Shown here: positions 62,442 to 64,000 of the stretch, piece after piece
How positions within the stretch are numbered: position 1 is the stretch's first letter
Layout: each line of letters opens with the position of its first letter
Source: Escherichia coli 042
GTDB lineage: Bacteria > Pseudomonadota > Gammaproteobacteria > Enterobacterales > Enterobacteriaceae
Assembly: GCF_000027125.1 (NCBI RefSeq)
Contig: NC_017626.1
Strand: one strand, 5' to 3'
DNA length: 64,000 nt
The notes under the pieces: generated by a model
Told to the model about the DNA's origin: nothing
Databases searched by the model: none
The model's input: only the letters and a program-made list of their open reading frames with translations
Translations under genes and position numbers: made by a program

Positions 62442-62771
62442 TTTCTTGCGTTATTTCCGGCACCTTTTATGTAGAGAAGGTGCCGGAATATATTCTCTTT
62501 TGTTGCTTATTTGTATCCGCTGCACAATATTTTTATCCCTCATATTTATAGGGTAAATTACTTGTAAAGTAGTGTCTAATTACCCGCCTCGCAAACTCCA
62601 GTTTTCAAATATCTATTTCAGGTCAAAAGATTGAATTATTCACTGGAGACGATTCGTAAATTCGCTGGATTTTTGACTAAAGTTTCTTTAGGATTTGTCT
62701 CATCGTATGATTAATTACACCAATCGTTCAACGTCTTGCTGATAAGTGATGGCGATTATATGAGGTTAGCA

Positions 62772-62900
62772 ATGCCTTCTGGAAATCAGGAACCCCGCCG
62801 GGACCCTGAATTAAAACGCAAAGCCTGGCTGGCGGTATTTCTTGGTTCTGCACTTTTCTGGGTGGTTGTCGCACTGCTGATTTGGAAAGTGTGGGGATAA
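62772..62900 (+). CDS. ymiA: Small membrane protein (YmiA-like)
   Basis: 42-aa ORF by eye with one TM helix; position between cysB and acnA. Confidence 0.4.
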   Translation: MPSGNQEPRRDPELKRKAWLAVFLGSALFWVVVALLIWKVWG

Positions 62901-62902
62901 CT

Positions 62903-63070
62903 ATGGTCGGTCAGGAGCAACTGGAGTCGTCACCATTATGTCAGCATAGTGACAATGAACCAGAAACGAAACGGGAATGTTCCGTCGTTATTCCAGACGA
63001 CTGGCAACTAACAACGCAGCAGCAAGCCTTTATAGAACTGTTTGGTGAAGATGATCAGCCGAAACAATAA
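62903..63070 (+). CDS. yciX: Small protein YciX-like
   Basis: ATG 62903 inside ORF 62882..63070. Confidence 0.5.
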   Translation: MVGQEQLESSPLCQHSDNEPETKRECSVVIPDDWQLTTQQQAFIELFGEDDQPKQ

Positions 63071-63442
63071 TTATCATCATTCTTATTACCCATTTTTAAT
63101 CAATTAAAGGGCTTTTAATACACCGCAGCAATAACAGGTTGAGTTATCTCAACACAAAGTAATAACCGTTAAGGGTGTAGCCTATGATCAACACAAATAT
63201 GAAATATTGGTCCTGGATGGGCGCATTTTCTCTGTCGATGCTCTTCTGGGCCGAACTCCTCTGGATCATTACTCACTGATCCCTGACCCCGCTGCGGCGG
63301 GGTTTTCATTTGCTTTGCCACAAGGTTTCTCCTCTTTTATCAATTTGGGTTGTTATCAAATCGTTACGCGATGTTTGTGTTATCTTTAATATTCACCCTG
63401 AAGAGAATCAGGGCTTCGCAACCCTGTCATTAAGGAGGAGCT

Positions 63443-64000
63443 ATGTCGTCAACCCTACGAGAAGCCAGTAAGGACACGTTGCAGGCCAAAGATAAAACTT
63501 ACCACTACTACAGCCTGCCGCTTGCTGCCAAATCACTGGGCGATATCACCCGTCTGCCTAAGTCACTCAAAGTTTTGCTCGAAAACCTGCTGCGCTGGCA
63601 GGATGGTAACTCGGTTACCGAAGAGGATATCCACGCGCTGGTGGGATGGCTGAAAAATGCTCATGCTGTCCGTGAAATTGCCTACCGCCCGGCAAGGGTG
63701 TTGATGCAGGACTTTACCGGCGTACCTGCCGTTGTTGATCTGGCGGCAATGCGCGAAGCGGTTAAACGCCTCGGCGGCGATACTGCAAAGGTTAACCCGC
63801 TCTCACCGGTCGACCTGGTCATTGACCACTCGGTGACCGTCGATCGTTTTGGTGATGATGAGGCATTTGAAGAAAACGTGCGCCTGGAAATGGAGCGCAA
63901 CCACGAACGTTATGTGTTCCTGAAATGGGGAAAGCAGGCGTTCAGTCGTTTTAGCGTCGTGCCGCCAGGCACAGGCATTTGCCATCAGGTTAACCTCGAA
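63443..64000 (+). CDS. acnA: Aconitate hydratase A, N-terminal part (runs off window)
   Basis: MSSTLREASKDTLQAKDKTYHYYSLPLAAKSLGD...; ORF continues past position 64000. Confidence 0.95.
   Translation, partial: MSSTLREASKDTLQAKDKTYHYYSLPLAAKSLGDITRLPKSLKVLLENLLRWQDGNSVTEEDIHALVGWLKNAHAVREIAYRPARVLMQDFTGVPAVVDLAAMREAVKRLGGDTAKVNPLSPVDLVIDHSVTVDRFGDDEAFEENVRLEMERNHERYVFLKWGKQAFSRFSVVPPGTGICHQVNLE

Overview
This window is the right ~42 kb of a lambdoid prophage (1 to ~41.9 kb) followed by an ordinary E. coli-type chromosomal block, yciEFG-trpABCDE-trpL-trpH-yciO-yciQ-rluB-btuR-yciK-sohB-yciN-topA-cysB-acnA (42.3-64 kb). All calls come from reading the translations and DNA by eye and from recalled protein families; no searches were run. 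The prophage has a Qin/Stx-phage-like layout: nin-region small ORFs, a hok-type toxin, rem-like/DUF968/rusA/Q, an orphan DNA methyltransferase, three tRNAs, a nanS-p-like esterase with no stx genes, an S21-type holin, SAR endolysin and Rz/Rz1, then a lambda-like cos, Nu1/A, head and tail genes through J, lom, stf and tfa. The strongest candidate for a new system is an AT-rich two-gene cassette at 3.8-5.6 kb: an unknown 216-aa protein translationally coupled to an XRE-HTH/HEXXH-metallopeptidase fusion, bracketed by identical terminator hairpins. Its architecture resembles RosmerTA-type toxin-antitoxin/defence modules, but this is inference. Other accessory loci are two tandem sRNA-like units where stx would sit, a ribbon-helix-helix gene pair in the bor position, a lipoprotein between I and J, a SAM-methyltransferase cargo gene flanked by tfa-derived direct repeats, and a ydfR-like gene split at an A7 tract.
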